Source: Eledone cirrhosa | Taxonomy: Eukaryota | DNA: 64,000 bases | Reading direction: 5' to 3' | Assembly (NCBI GenBank): GCA_964016885.1 | Contig: OZ024757.1 | Location: 19,530,001-19,594,000, forward strand | Shown: positions 13,730 through 27,505 of the stretch, one piece after another | Numbering within the stretch: position 1 is the stretch's first letter | How the letters are laid out: every line of letters starts with the position of its first letter | Notes under the pieces: generated by a model | Seen by the model: the letters and a program-made list of their open reading frames with translations, nothing else | Told to the model about the DNA's origin: nothing | Databases searched by the model: none | Made by a program: the position numbers and the translations under genes

Positions 13730-14040
13730 TCAAAATATTAATAAATATAGACATTCATGTGATCAAATATATTTTATTATACATATTTCAGAGGTACTGA
13801 GCTATTTCATCAGTACGTCCTCATCAGATAAAATAAATTGATGTCTGACATACCTCAACTGTGCTGATGGTTCAATTCCAGTCTTGGCAGTGATTAGTTA
13901 TGACAAAACTCAATATTTATATAGCATAAGTTGTAACATGAAAAACTACATATAATAAACCTAACTGTTGAGTGCTTCTAATCTATTGTAAAATTTTATT
14001 CATTGATTAATCAATAAACCTTGTTAAATTTTTGATTATA
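13730..14040. mobile_element. Family A pLTR remnant (minus arm plus + tail)
   Basis: Homologous to 41549-41708 and 47021-47192. Tail CTGTTGAGTGCTTC near 13965. Confidence 0.7.
13770..13835 (-). ncRNA. Type I hammerhead ribozyme (family A)
   Basis: TATTTTAT-CTGATGA-GGAcGTACTGA..TCAGTACcTCT-GAAA-TATGTA-TA-ATAAAATA. Confidence 0.8.
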
Positions 14041-14060
14041 TATATATATATAATAAAGGA

Positions 14061-14271
14061 ACGATCGACTTTCGTCAAATCGGACCGACGAAACAATGTT
14101 TCCGTTGGTCTTTCAAATTGCTAATACTATCTATCGCTCGCAACTCCAGGTAGAAGGAGCAACGTGAAATAAAGTGTCTTGCTCAACGACCTAACGCATC
14201 GCCCTGTCCAGGAATCGAACTCACAACCTTACGATTGCGAATCCAATTCTCTAACCACTCAGCCACACGCC
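14061..14271 (-). mobile_element. tRNA-derived SINE (second family)
   Basis: Minus strand: A box TGGCTGAGTGG, B box GTTCGATTCC, then TTGAGCAAGACACTTTATTTCACGTTGCTCC. Confidence 0.8.
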
Positions 14272-14283
14272 TATATATAGGAA

Positions 14284-14425
14284 GGCGCGTGGCTGAGTGG
14301 TTAGAGAATTGGATTCGCAATCGTGAGGTGATTCGTTATGTCCTTGAGCAATATATTTTATTTCACGTTGCTCCTTCTACCTGGAGTTGCGACCCATAGA
14401 GAGTATTAACAATTGGAAAGACCTA
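14284..14425 (+). mobile_element. Same SINE, head-to-head inverted copy with internal deletion
   Basis: GGCGCGTGGCTGAGTGGTTAGAGAATTGGATTCGCAATCG. Confidence 0.75.
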
Positions 14426-14570
14426 CTATTTTAACAGGCCACAGTGACAACATTCTGGATTGCATGTTGGTCGCATACTTTGCGTCGAAAGTCAAACCAA
14501 AAAGGATGGCTGATGAAACGAAATTATCTGCGTATTTCTTCCCTCTCACACAAACACACACACACACACG

Positions 14571-14640
<70 letters not shown>

Positions 14641-14774
14641 TAAGTATGTATGTTTTGAAACAGCGAGCAAGTTTGAAATTAGAAAATAGAAGCTTTCCAC
14701 CGTATTTTTTTGACTAAAAAATTTTTAGCCTGATAATGGGGTTTAGAACCCTCAGAGAAATGGAAAAAGATGAG

Positions 14775-14843
14775 TATTGACGTACATGGGAGTCTAACCC
14801 ACATCTTTGGTTATCCAGACCACTGTGCTACCATTACACCAAC
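14775..14843 (-). pseudogene. tRNA-like sequence (pseudogene or SINE head)
   Basis: Minus strand TGGTGTAATGG (A box) and GGTTAGACTCC (degenerate B box). Cloverleaf incomplete. Confidence 0.4.
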
Positions 14844-14877
14844 ACACACACACGCACACGCACACGCACACACACAC

Positions 14878-15102
14878 AGTAATAATAATAAATTTGAAAA
14901 CTAAAATCCAAAGAGGGCTCGATTAAGGATAAATATATATCTAATATATAAGAACCGTAGAGCAAATATTTATTAAAATAACAGATTAAAGTTTAAGCAA
15001 AGAATCGCTGCTTTCACCCTTAACGGGATCTTCCGAGTTTCAGAAGATCCCGTTAAGGGTGAAAGCAGCTATTCTTTGCTTAAACTTTAATCTGTTATTT
15101 TA

Positions 15103-15110
<8 letters not shown>
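14878..15110. mobile_element. Family G remnant (inverted)
   Basis: 14966-15033 is inverted against 15043-15110. The long minus arm carries the tail. Confidence 0.65.
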
Positions 15111-15142
<32 letters not shown>

Positions 15143-15146
<4 letters not shown>

Positions 15147-15490
15147 GCTGCAAACTCTGCTAAGAGTAATGCAATCGCTTGTCTGATTACAGAAAATAGT
15201 GCACCTTTAGGCTATGGCCAGCCACACGAACCCGTAACGTATCCTGAACAAGCAATGCCTGTGCTTTGAAGGTTTTTTTAAGTGGGGAAAGGCCTTGCAC
15301 TTGACCAATCCCACTCTCTGAGTATCGAAAACGCTACCCGAATAGGAGAACTGGTCAACATCATCGGGTGCTTCCGAAGCCGCAGGTTTTTTTTTTTTTT
15401 TTTAGAGTTTCCCTCTCCTAGAAAGGTGTTGTGACAACAACTGGGGGCCTTTCACTCCCAGATGGGAACAAAAAAGTACTATTTGGACGG
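15143..15490 (-). mobile_element. RTE-related interspersed repeat
   Basis: Homologous to 5973-6378 and 63555-64000. Confidence 0.5.
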
Positions 15491-15510
15491 CTCTCTCTCT
15501 ATATATAGAG

Positions 15511-15552
<42 letters not shown>

Positions 15553-15608
15553 CCATATATATAGAGAGAGGTATATATATATATATATACCTCCATATAT
15601 ATATAGAG

Positions 15609-15660
<52 letters not shown>

Positions 15661-15684
15661 CCATATATATATATAGAGAGAGAG

Positions 15685-15742
<58 letters not shown>

Positions 15743-15788
15743 CCATATATATATAGAGAGAGGTATATATATATATATATACCTACAC

Positions 15789-15826
<38 letters not shown>

Positions 15827-15942
15827 GTATATATATATATATATATCTCCATATATATATAGAGAGAGAGAGGTATATATATATACCTCCATATATATAT
15901 ATAGAGAGAGGTATATATATATATATATATATATACCTCCAT

Positions 15943-15975
<33 letters not shown>

Positions 15976-16062
15976 GGAACCAGTAAGACCCCGACAGCTG
16001 AGCTCAAGCCGTTTCGACGGCTAATTCTGGACTAATTCTGGACTATATATATATATAGAGGT

Positions 16063-16102
<40 letters not shown>

Positions 16103-16165
16103 CTCTCTCTCTCTATATATATATATATAGAGAGAGAGAGGTATATATATATATATATATATAGA
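15491..16165. repeat. Compound (TA)n/(GA)n repeat containing a family D fragment at 15975-16043
   Basis: Units (GA)nGG(TA)nCCTCC(AT)n. The fragment TAGGAACCAGTAAGACCCC.. is identical to 18004. Confidence 0.8.
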
Positions 16166-16326
16166 CCTACAAATCTATACTATACAGAGAAGTTAATAAA
16201 TAATTAAAGATACTTCCTTTGTTATAGTTTAGATTTAGGTAGAGTTATTGTCTAACATTTCCATATTGGTCAATGTTGGACGTTGGCGTACATGTGAATA
16301 ATAAGGCTTGAATATAATTGTATACA

Positions 16327-16373
<47 letters not shown>

Positions 16374-16374
16374 G

Positions 16375-16540
16375 TAGGATGTGAGTAATATTGTAGAACA
16401 ATAAAACTATGCAAATATCAGTTAAGTAGCACTCAACAGTTGACGAGAACACAATTTTTGTCTCAGGATGATGTTGTTTTCGAAATGCGCATAATAAAAT
16501 ATATGGAACATTTTTAACCATCTTTTAATTTCTTCTTTAT
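16375..16540. mobile_element. Diverged family C remnant
   Basis: Inverted tail, then TGACGA..GAAA-TGCGCA-TA-ATAAAATA. Confidence 0.6.
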
Positions 16541-16770
16541 ATATATATATATATATATGTTTATATACGCATATATTTATGCGTGAATTAGTGTACAAAC
16601 ATATATGTATATATATAAAACATTTAAATATAAATTAATATATATGATGAAACACAAATACCAACATATCTGTATTTATATTGCAAAAGAAAATTTAGTT
16701 AGCTAGAATGAAGTATACTAATTATAAAGTTACAGTCTGCCCATATCGATTTAAAATAATAAATCAACAA

Positions 16771-16813
<43 letters not shown>

Positions 16814-17045
16814 AAGTATATATCCCTACACGCAAAAAGCGTCCAGGCACACATGTATTGTCCAACCATATGCCAATGTGGTTCAATGGCAGGTTAATAA
16901 ATTAACAAGCCAGAACATATATATCTTTACACACGGCACTGGACAGAATTGCTTCCACATCATTCATTCTCATCTCGGGAACAATTTTGAATAGCGCCAG
17001 TTCGTAATTTGAACTCGGGAATTTTATATTCTCCGAGTGAAAAGA

Positions 17046-17132
17046 ACCTTCTGACGAGAGTTTATCTTTTCAATGGAAGGCCGCAAGGACTGTCCATTTA
17101 TTTTTGAGACTCGAAACCGATTCGATAAAGCT
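17046..17132 (+). ncRNA. Hammerhead ribozyme candidate with extended stem II
   Basis: CTT-CTGACGA(17051)-GAGTTT..AATGGA..TCCATT..AGACTC-GAAA(17113)-CCGATTCGA-TA-AAG. Stem III has one mismatch. Confidence 0.55.
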
Positions 17133-17255
17133 AACCATAGTGAGTACAGTGAAATTTTTTGAAATTTATTTTGAAACTTTTTCTTATTTGTTAAACCTTG
17201 ATTATATATATATATATACACACACATATATATACTTACGTGACGTGTACAAACC

Positions 17256-17279
<24 letters not shown>

Positions 17280-17296
<17 letters not shown>

Positions 17297-17305
17297 GTGT
17301 GTGTA

Positions 17306-17368
<63 letters not shown>

Positions 17369-17800
17369 ATGTGTGTGTGTATATATCTGTGTGTATATGT
17401 GTGTGTATATATCTGTGTGTGTGTGTTTGTGTGTATATATGTGTGTGTGTGTGTGTTTGTGTGTATATATGTGTGTATATGTGTGTGTGTGTGTATATAT
17501 ATATGTGTGTGTGTGTTTGTGTATATGTGTGTGTATATATATATGTATGTATATATATGTGTGTGTGTGTGTGTGTATATATATATGTATGTATATATAT
17601 GTGTGTGTGTGTGTGTGTATATATATATGTATGTATATATATATATATGGGTGTGTGTATATGTATATATGTGTTTTTGTTTATGTATGCATATATATAT
17701 GTATATGTGTGTGAATGTGTATATGTATGTATATATGTGTGTATATATATGTGTATCTATCTATCTATCTATCTATCTATGTATCTATCTATCTATATAC
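17280..17800. repeat. (TG)n/(TA)n compound microsatellite
   Basis: Direct inspection. Confidence 0.95.
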
Positions 17801-17831
17801 ATAATTGGGAAAATCTGCTTCGTAGAATCAA

Positions 17832-17927
17832 GACGTATCTGAGGATCTTGCGATTTTCAGAGTCAGGTTCGATCATCACATAAATCGTACCTCGAGCTGG
17901 TCGCCAGAGAAACGATTGTAATTTGTC
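17832..17927 (+). ncRNA. Type I hammerhead ribozyme with extended stem II
   Basis: GACGTAT-CTGAGGA(17839)-TCTtGCGAT..GTCGCcAGA-GAAA(17909)-CGATTG-TA-ATTTGTC, followed by AATAAA. Confidence 0.7.
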
Positions 17928-17969
17928 AAATAAATTCCATTCGTCTCAACACTGATTCTCTTTTTTTCT

Positions 17970-18003
<34 letters not shown>

Positions 18004-18007
<4 letters not shown>

Positions 18008-18204
18008 AACCAGTAAGACCCCGACAGCTGAGCTCAAGCCGTTTCGACGGCTAATTCTGGACTCAGAGTCCAGAATTAGCCGTCGAAACGGCTTGAGCTC
18101 AGCTGTCGGGGTCTTACTGGTTCCTATTACCCACTCTACTACCTCAAGTATTGAGTACTTTGGTGCGTTATGGTCCACCTGGTTCCTTACCACATTTCCT
18201 TCGT
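18004..18204. mobile_element. Family D pLTR remnant, perfect foldback plus tail
   Basis: About 60-bp perfect inverted arms centred on 18064-18066. HHR 3' half GAAA-CGGC-TTGAGCTCA-GCTG-TC-GGGGTC. Confidence 0.75.
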
Positions 18205-18247
18205 TATATATATATATATATATATGTATATTCATATATATGTAAAT

Positions 18248-18285
<38 letters not shown>

Positions 18286-18473
18286 TATACTGCGTATATT
18301 TATATATATGTAAATATATATATATATGTAAATATATATATATATATAAATATATATATATATTATATACTGCGTATATATATATATGTGTATATATATA
18401 TATATATATAATATATATATATATATAAATAATATATACGCACACATTAAAAAATATATATATATTTATTTCA

Positions 18474-18545
18474 CATAGAAATGACTTCTACAGGACTAGA
18501 ATTGTTTCATCTGTTTGAAATCATTAGGAAGCCCCTGTATTGAGT
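18474..18545 (-). mobile_element. Family E remnant with degenerate HHR
   Basis: Minus: GGCTTC-CTAATGA-TTTC..GAT-GAAA-CAA..CTG-TA-GAAGTC. Confidence 0.6.
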
Positions 18546-18644
18546 TCTTTTTTTAACTACCTTTCTCTTCTGATCCTCTGAAAAATATTCTACCCGTTTT
18601 CTTCCCTTTCGCACTCTTTCCATTTCTTCCCTTTTTATTAGTCT

Positions 18645-18682
18645 ATCTTCCGATGAAGGACTTACGTCTGAAACGTCAGAAC
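18645..18682 (+). ncRNA. Degenerate minimal HHR of Penelope type
   Basis: CCGATGA-AGGAC-TTAC-GTCT-GAAA-CG-TC-AGAA. Stem I poor. Confidence 0.4.
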
Positions 18683-18699
18683 TTTTTTCTCATCTCTCT

Positions 18700-18790
<91 letters not shown>

Positions 18791-19313
18791 TGTATATAAA
18801 TGCATATATATATGTATATAGATATGCATATATATATGTATATAGATATGCATATATATATGTATATAGATATGCATATATATATGTATATAGATATGCA
18901 TATATATATGTATATAGATATGCATATATATATGTATATATATATGCATATAGATATGCATATCGATATGCATATAGATATGCATATATATATGTATATA
19001 TATATGCATATATATATATATACATATATATGCATATATATATATATATATATATACATATATATGCATATATATATATATATACATATATATGCATATA
19101 TATATACATATATATGCATATATATTATACATATATATGCATATATATTATACATATACATGCATATATATTATACATATATATGCATATATATTATACA
19201 TATATATTATACACATATATGCATATATATTATGCATATACATATATTATACATATATATGCATATACATATATTATACATATATATGCATATATATATA
19301 TTATACATATATA

Positions 19314-19354
<41 letters not shown>

Positions 19355-19360
19355 CATATA

Positions 19361-19455
<95 letters not shown>
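18700..19455. repeat. (TA)n with periodic TGCA/GA variants
   Basis: Direct inspection. Confidence 0.95.
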
Positions 19456-19456
<1 letters not shown>

Positions 19457-19483
19457 GGGTGTGTATGATTGTGTACAGAAGAT

Positions 19484-19726
19484 TATATTAATAAAAGGAA
19501 TTCCAACTTTGTCTGATTTACTCGTTTTATTTCAGTTGAAAATTGCAAACTTGACTGTCACCACACAATGTGAACCTGAAGATTGCGAAAGCATGAAAGT
19601 ACTTGTTCAATTAACACTTAACAGTTAATATTCTACCATACTATCTCATTCTAATACCATTATAAATTTTCAGGGATTGTAAATAAAACGAGTAAATCAG
19701 ACAATGCTGGAATTCCTTTTATTAAT

Positions 19727-19727
<1 letters not shown>
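19484..19727 (+). mobile_element. Family L pLTR remnant
   Basis: 19486-19531 is inverted against 19681-19727, enclosing a minimal HHR. Confidence 0.65.
19571..19609 (+). ncRNA. 39-nt minimal type I hammerhead ribozyme (family L)
   Basis: TGAAC-CTGAAGA-tTGC-GAAA-GCAt-GAAA-GTAC-TT-GTTCA. 5-bp stem I, GNRA-capped stem II, palindromic stem III AGTACT, triplet CUU. Confidence 0.8.
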
Positions 19728-20560
<833 letters not shown>

Positions 20561-20899
20561 TTTTTTTTTTCTGCACACATTCTTTCTTGATTTATACAAA
20601 AAATACCCTACCACTACAACCACCATAATACTCTTGCTTACCCGCTTAAAGTGCTTGCATTACATGTAACACCTTGCCACACAATACTCGTATATAAATG
20701 AGACACACTTGCATGCTCCATGTATGACTAACGCATACACTATCTACTAGATCTGATTATAAACTATCATCTTGCATTATCTGTGTTATCTGCCAAATGT
20801 ATTTTGATTTTGAATTTGAATTGCTGTACAAAAATAGTATAGTATAATATATGTCACTCCACTGTACATCAATATATATATATATATGTATATGTATCT

Positions 20900-21205
20900 G
20901 TATGTCTCTTGCGTTGGAAAGGAGGTCAATTATATGTACAAACATTGAAAAATGGTCCGAAGATTCCAAGCCTACGTTTGGATGAAACAATTGTAAGTGA
21001 ATAAATGCTTTGAACATAGCTTTGATTCTTGTGATTTCTATATAACTGCTCTGTAGAACAACTGATGTTATTACATTGAGCTATTTATCTTACTGGTAAT
21101 AAGGTAGTAATAAATTACTGACCTTCACTGTTTAAGGTTTAAAATATACATAACTATAAAAAGTTTAATATATACATAACCATAAATAGTATCCTTAATA
21201 TTAAT
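20900..21205 (+). mobile_element. Family K pLTR remnant
   Basis: Homologous to 13187-13492. HHR followed by AATAAA and the tail. Confidence 0.65.
20953..20999 (+). ncRNA. Minimal HHR, U4C variant (family K), stem I eroded
   Basis: CCGAAGA(20957)-tTCCAAGC-CTAC-GTTTGGAt-GAAA(20984)-CAATTG-TA. Confidence 0.55.
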
Positions 21206-21274
21206 ATTATTACAAATATATATATATGCACATATATATATATATATATATATATGCAAATATATATGCATATA

Positions 21275-21309
<35 letters not shown>

Positions 21310-21360
21310 GCAAATATATATGCATATATGCAAATATATATGCATATATGCAAATATATA

Positions 21361-21390
<30 letters not shown>

Positions 21391-21394
<4 letters not shown>

Positions 21395-21532
21395 AGTCCA
21401 GAATTAGCCGTCGAAACGGCTTGAGCTCAGCCGTCGGGGTCCTACTCGTTCCTATTACCCACTCTACTACCCTAAGTATTGAGTACTTTGGTGCGTTATG
21501 GTCCACCATATTCATTACCACATTACCTTCGT

Positions 21533-21533
<1 letters not shown>
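21391..21533 (+). mobile_element. Family D remnant
   Basis: AGTCCAGAATTAGCCGTC-GAAA-CGGC..GCCG-TC-GGGGTC plus tail. Confidence 0.7.
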
Positions 21534-21572
<39 letters not shown>

Positions 21573-21799
21573 TCTCTGAGTCTGTTCTTTTCGCCGTCTA
21601 CTGCACCACCCGACGTGCTATATATATATATTATATACACACAGATAAACACTTACAAACGTATACATGAAAGACTAAACAATATATATATATATATATA
21701 TAACTAGCCAGTATCATTCAAACGTTCTCCTACTTCAAAGAATTCACGTGCAAAATGTCTATATAGGTTTTTTAGCTTACTTTGTATACCCTTGTCTTT

Positions 21800-23720
21800 T
21801 ATCTCCCCCCTCTCTCCCTCTCTCTCTCCCCTCTGTCTCTCTCTCTCTCCCCTCTGTCTCTCTCTCTCCCCTCTGTCTCTCTCTCTCTCTTTCCCCTCTG
21901 TCTCTCTCTCTCTCTCTCTCCCATTATCTATCTTTCTATCTCGCCTCCTTCTCTCACACACACTCTCTCTCTATGTCTATCTCTCTCTTTCTCTCTCACT
22001 CACTCTCTCTCTCTCTCATTATCTATCTCTATCTCTCACACACTCCCTCTTTCTCACTCTCTCTCTCTCCTTCTCTCTCTCTTTCTCACTCACTCTCTCT
22101 CCTCTCTCTCTTATCTCTTTCTCTCTCTCCTTCTCTTTCTCTCTCTCTCTCTCTTTCTCTTTCTCTCTCTCCTTCTCTTTCTCTCTCTCTCCTTCTCTTT
22201 CTCTCTCTCTGTCTTTTTGTCTCTCCTCCTCTTTCTCTCTCTCTGTCTTTTTGTCTCTCCTCCTCTTTCTCTCTTATCTCTTTCTCTCTCTCTGTCTTTT
22301 TATCTCTCTCTCTCTCCTTCTCTCCCCTATCTCCCCTCCCCTCTCTCTGCCTCACTCTCTTTCTGTCTTTTTATCTCTACTCCTCTCTGTCTGCCTGTGT
22401 GTATGTCCCTCTCTCGGTCTCCCCCCTCTCACACACAGATACTTTGCTTTCTATCTCCCTCCTCTCTCTTTACTTTTTTATCTCTCCTCCCCCCTCTCTC
22501 TCTACATATATATATACATACATATATAATATATATACATATATATACTATATATATATATACATATATACACACACTCTGTATGTGGGTGTATGAAATC
22601 CACCCTGATATTAAATGGGTCCTAGAAAAGAACCAACGTAATCCCTTTGCTATCTTCTCTCTCTCTCTCTCTTCCTTTGCTGTTTTCTTCTCTCTCCCTC
22701 CCTCCCTTTGCTATCTTCTCTCTCTGCTATCTTCTCTCTGCTATCTTCTCTCTCTCTCTCTCTCTCTCCTTTTGCTGTTTTCTTCTCTCTCTCTCCCTCC
22801 CTTTGCTATCTTCTCTCACTCCCTTTGCTGTTTTCTTCTCTCTCCCTCCCTCCCTTTGCTATCTTCTCTCTCTCTCTCTCTCTCTCTTTGCTATCTTCTC
22901 TCTCTCTCTCTCTCTCCCTCTCCCTCTGCTGTTTTCTTCTCTCTCCCGTTGCTCTTCTCTCTCCCCCTTTGCTCTTCTCTCTCTCTCTCCCTTTGCTCTT
23001 CTCTCTCTCTCTCCCTTTGCTCTTCTCTCTCTCTCTCTCTCTCTCCGTTTGCTGTTTTCTTCTCTCTCTCCCTCCCTTTGCCATCTTCTCTCTCTCCATT
23101 TCAATTCTAAGTCTCTATCTGTCTTTCTCTCTGTGGGTAGTAGTGTTAGTTCTGCTACTGTGCAACTCTCCCTCTCTCAGTAAGCTTTAATATTCTGTTT
23201 ATCTCCCCTTGATCAGTGCCCTCCCCTTCCTGACATTCTCTTTCTTTCTCTCTCTCTCCATTATATATTGCTCTCTCTCTCTTTCACTCACTTTCTCTCT
23301 TACACTTTCTCTCTCTCTCTCTCTCTCTCTTACACTTTCTATCTCTCTCCCTCTCTCTCTCTTACACTTTCTCTCTCACTTTTAGTCTCTCCCCCTCTCT
23401 CCTTCTCAATCCATCTCTTACTCTTTCTGTCTCTGTCACTCTTTCTTTCTCTCTTTCTTTCCTCTATTTCTCTGTGTCACTCTCTCTTTCATCTACTATC
23501 TATTTCTCCCTCTTTGCTTCTCTTTTACCATTCTTTCATCTATTACCCTCTCTCTTTATCGTTTTCTTCCCTTCTCTCTCTCTCTCTCAAAATCCCTTAT
23601 TTTCTCTGTTCATTCCATTTCTCCCCATCCTTTTTTTCCCTACATTCCTCCTTCCTTCATTCTCCCCCCCCCCCTATCTCTCTTTCGCTCTCTCTCTCTC
23701 TCTGTTCACCTGCTTTGCCC
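21800..23720. repeat. (CT)n-rich polypyrimidine tracts with TTTGCT-anchored subrepeats
   Basis: Direct inspection. Confidence 0.9.
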
Positions 23721-23799
23721 CACCATCATCATCATCATCATTATCTTCTTGACTAAACTAGTTTAACACCTTTAGTTCTACATACGGAAAAAAACTGTA

Positions 23800-23892
23800 C
23801 ACCACCACCACTACTACTACTACTACTACCACTACTACGACTACCACCACCACCACCACTACTACTAGTAGTAGTGGTGGTGGTGGTAGTCG

Positions 23893-23924
<32 letters not shown>

Positions 23925-24570
23925 TCATCACCACCACTACTATTACTGCTGCCACCACCTCCATCACCACCACCACTACTACTACTATCATCACCACCAC
24001 TACTACTACTACTGCCACCACCTCCATCACCACCACCACTACTACCATCACCACCACTACCACTACTACAGTCGCCACCGTCACCAGCACCGTTTCTACC
24101 GTCCCCATCGCCGCTAGTCAGTACTTTTGCAGTGGTGGCGGCGGCGGTAGTGGTGGTGGTGCCGGCGGCTGCGTCTAATAATAGTAGTAATAGTAGTAGT
24201 GGTGTTAGTAGTAGTGGTGGTAGTAGTAGTAGTGGTAATAGTAGTGGTGGTAGTAGTAGTAGTAGTGATAATGCTTGGTACTGGTGGCGGCGATAATGGA
24301 GGTGTTGTTGATGGTGATGGTGATGGTGGTGCCATCAGGCAAGGGTAGTAGTATTAGTAGTTGGTAGGAGTGGTGTTTGCGACGTCGGCTGTGGGGAAGG
24401 AGGGAGGGGCGGTAACAAGCTCCCCGCAGGGCTTGTTGTAGTAGTAGCATTAGTAGTCCCCGGTTGACGATGGTGGTGGCGACGTCGAGTAACAAGCACT
24501 TGCTATGCTATGCTAGTAGTAGTAGTAGTCGTGGTAGCAGCAGTAGTAGTCGTAGTAGTAGTAGTAGTGA
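23800..24570. repeat. ACT/CCA and TAG/TGG trinucleotide repeats with CpG-rich patches
   Basis: Direct inspection. Strand polarity flips near 24120. Confidence 0.85.
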
Positions 24571-24789
24571 TAGAGGTTCTAAACACACACACACAGCGTA
24601 CGTGTGAGTGAGTGAGTGTGTGTATGTATATATATATATATATTATATTATGTGTGTGTGTGTATATATATTATGTGTATGTGTGTATATATATATTATA
24701 TGTATGTGTATATATATATATATATATATATTAAATATATATATTAAATCTGTATGTGTGTATATATTGTAAAGTGTAGTGACACACTA

Positions 24790-25650
24790 GTTATAGGAGA
24801 GAGAGATAGTGATAGACTGAGCGAGGGGTAGAGAGACAGTGATAGAAAGAGAGAGTGAGGGAGAGATAGTAATAGAAAGAGCGAGGGGGTAGATAGAGAC
24901 AGAGTGACAAAGCTATAGAGAGAGTGACACAGATAGTAATACGAAGAGCGAGGGGTAGAGAGTGAGAGTAATAGAAAGAGCAAGGGGGTAGATAGAGACA
25001 GAGTGAGAGAGAGTGACACGGAGATAGTAATAGAAATAGAGAGTGAGAGATAGGGATGGCTAGAGCGAGGGGGGGGGGGGTAGATAGAGACAGAGTGACG
25101 AAGCTATAGTGATAGAGAGCGTAAGAGAGAAAAAAAGAGAGACACAGAGATAGTAATACAAAGAGGTAAGGGTAGAGAGTGAAAGAGATAGTAATAGAGC
25201 GAGGGGGTTGTAAGAGACAGACATAGAGAGAGTGACACAGAGATAGTAATACAAAGAGGGAGGGGTAGAGTGTGAGAGAGATAGTAATAGAGAGAGCGAG
25301 GGGATTGTAAGAGAGAGACATAGAGAGAGAGAGAGAGAGACAGAGAGATAGTAATACAAAGAGGGAGGGGTTGAGAGTGAGAGAGAGATAGTAATAGAGA
25401 GAGCGAGGGGGTTGTAAGAGACAGACAGAGAGAGAGAGAGAGAGATAGTGACACAGAAATAGTAACTACAAAGAGCGAGTGGGGGGGGGGGGGGGGGGTA
25501 GCGTTAGATAGAGCGAGGGGGTAGATAGAGACAGAGTGACGAAGCTATAGTGATAGAGAGCGTAAGAGACACAGAGAGACAGAGACACAGAGAGACAGAG
25601 ACAGAGACAGACAGAGAGAGAGAGAGTGAGGGCGGGAGAGAGAGAGAGAG
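24790..25650. repeat. Purine-rich degenerate minisatellite
   Basis: Recurring GAGATAGTAATA..GAGCGAGGGGGTAGA units. Confidence 0.85.
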
Positions 25651-25712
25651 TTTAGTTTGTGGTAAGGGCGAAGAAAACGCTTGCTGCGGAGAGGAACGAC
25701 TTTTTTTTACTA

Positions 25713-25848
25713 ATGGACAATACGTCCATTATCACACAAGTGTGCAATCCAAGGGATGGAGAACAACAACAACAACAACAGCAACAACTACATATACAAC
25801 AACAACAGCAACAACAATACAACAACACACTTCCTTCATCGGAAAAAG
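25713..25848 (+). CDS. Candidate first coding exon of an unidentified host gene (polyQ N-terminus)
   Basis: ATG at 25713 reads MDNTSIITQVCNPRDGE-Q8-LHI-Q7-YNNTLPSSEK and ends at a consensus donor AAG|GTAAGT (phase 1). No homology recognised. Confidence 0.35.
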
Positions 25849-25993
25849 GTAAGTGGTGCCTTGGACATTCCGGAGGATACTATCAAAATATACTATATCT
25901 CTATATATAGTGTGTGTATATATTGTGTGTGTGTATATATAGTGTGTGTGTATATATATATAGTGTGTATATATATTGTGTGTATATATATAT

Positions 25994-26040
<47 letters not shown>

Positions 26041-26067
26041 ATATATATATGTATATATATATATATA

Positions 26068-26113
<46 letters not shown>

Positions 26114-26517
26114 CACTATATATAGTATATATATATATATATATATATACACTATAAATTTATACTACATCCGTTCACACACACATTAACGTACGCACAT
26201 ATGTATAGTGTCCGGACACACACACACACACACACTCACATACACACACACACACACTCACATACACACACACACATACATACATACATACATACATACA
26301 CACACACATACACATATATATATATATATGTGTATGTGTATGTGTGTGTGTGTGTATGTGTATATGTATACAAATTTGATGTGTATATTTCAGATCGGCA
26401 AAACATTACTCAATACACGCTTATGAGGAGGGGGGGGGGGAGTGTATACATTATTAGTAAATACGATTATATATATATATATACACACATTTATATATGT
26501 ATATACACACTTATATA

Positions 26518-26592
<75 letters not shown>

Positions 26593-26667
26593 TGCATTCC
26601 GTATTACTGGAGAGGGGGCGGGAAAAGATATCGTATCTTTTGGAAAGCGAGCGAAATCACGTTATAA

Positions 26668-26702
<35 letters not shown>

Positions 26703-27029
26703 CATATATACACACAGATATATATATACACACACACACACATAGACACACACACATATATGCTTGTATATGTATACGCCTGTGCATAAATACATATAAA
26801 TATACACGTAATCGCGCGCCAATTAATGCTTTATAAATATAGATATAAACACAGAAACATACATACACACACAGAAGATGAATTTCTATGCATGCATCCA
26901 TCCATGGGTGTGTATATATTGCGGTGATGAATTTGAAACGTGTGTACAATATTGTGTTGTTTTTGCATGGCTCTTATCAATTGCTAGATTGCAGTGTGTC
27001 TGCCACCATTTATTTTTGTGTTAATAATA

Positions 27030-27051
27030 TATACACCACACAGCAGTTAGA

Positions 27052-27086
<35 letters not shown>

Positions 27087-27462
27087 CACACAGCAGTTAT
27101 ATTTATATATATATATATATACACACCACACAGCAGTTATATTTATATATATATATATATACCACACAGCAGTTAGATATTTATTTATATATATATATAT
27201 ATACACCACGCAGCAGTTATATTTATTTATATATATATATATATATACACACCACACAGCAGTTATATTTATATATATATATATATATATACACCACACA
27301 GCAGTTATATTTATATATATATATATATACACACGACACAGCAGTTATATTTATATATATATATATATATATACACACACCATACAGCAGTTATATATAT
27401 ATACACACACCATACAGCAGTTATAAATATATATACATATATACACACCACACAGCAATTAG

Positions 27463-27500
<38 letters not shown>

Positions 27501-27505
27501 CACAT
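27030..27505. repeat. Minisatellite ACACCACACAGCAGTTATATTT(AT)n
   Basis: About 11 units with variable TA length. Confidence 0.9.
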
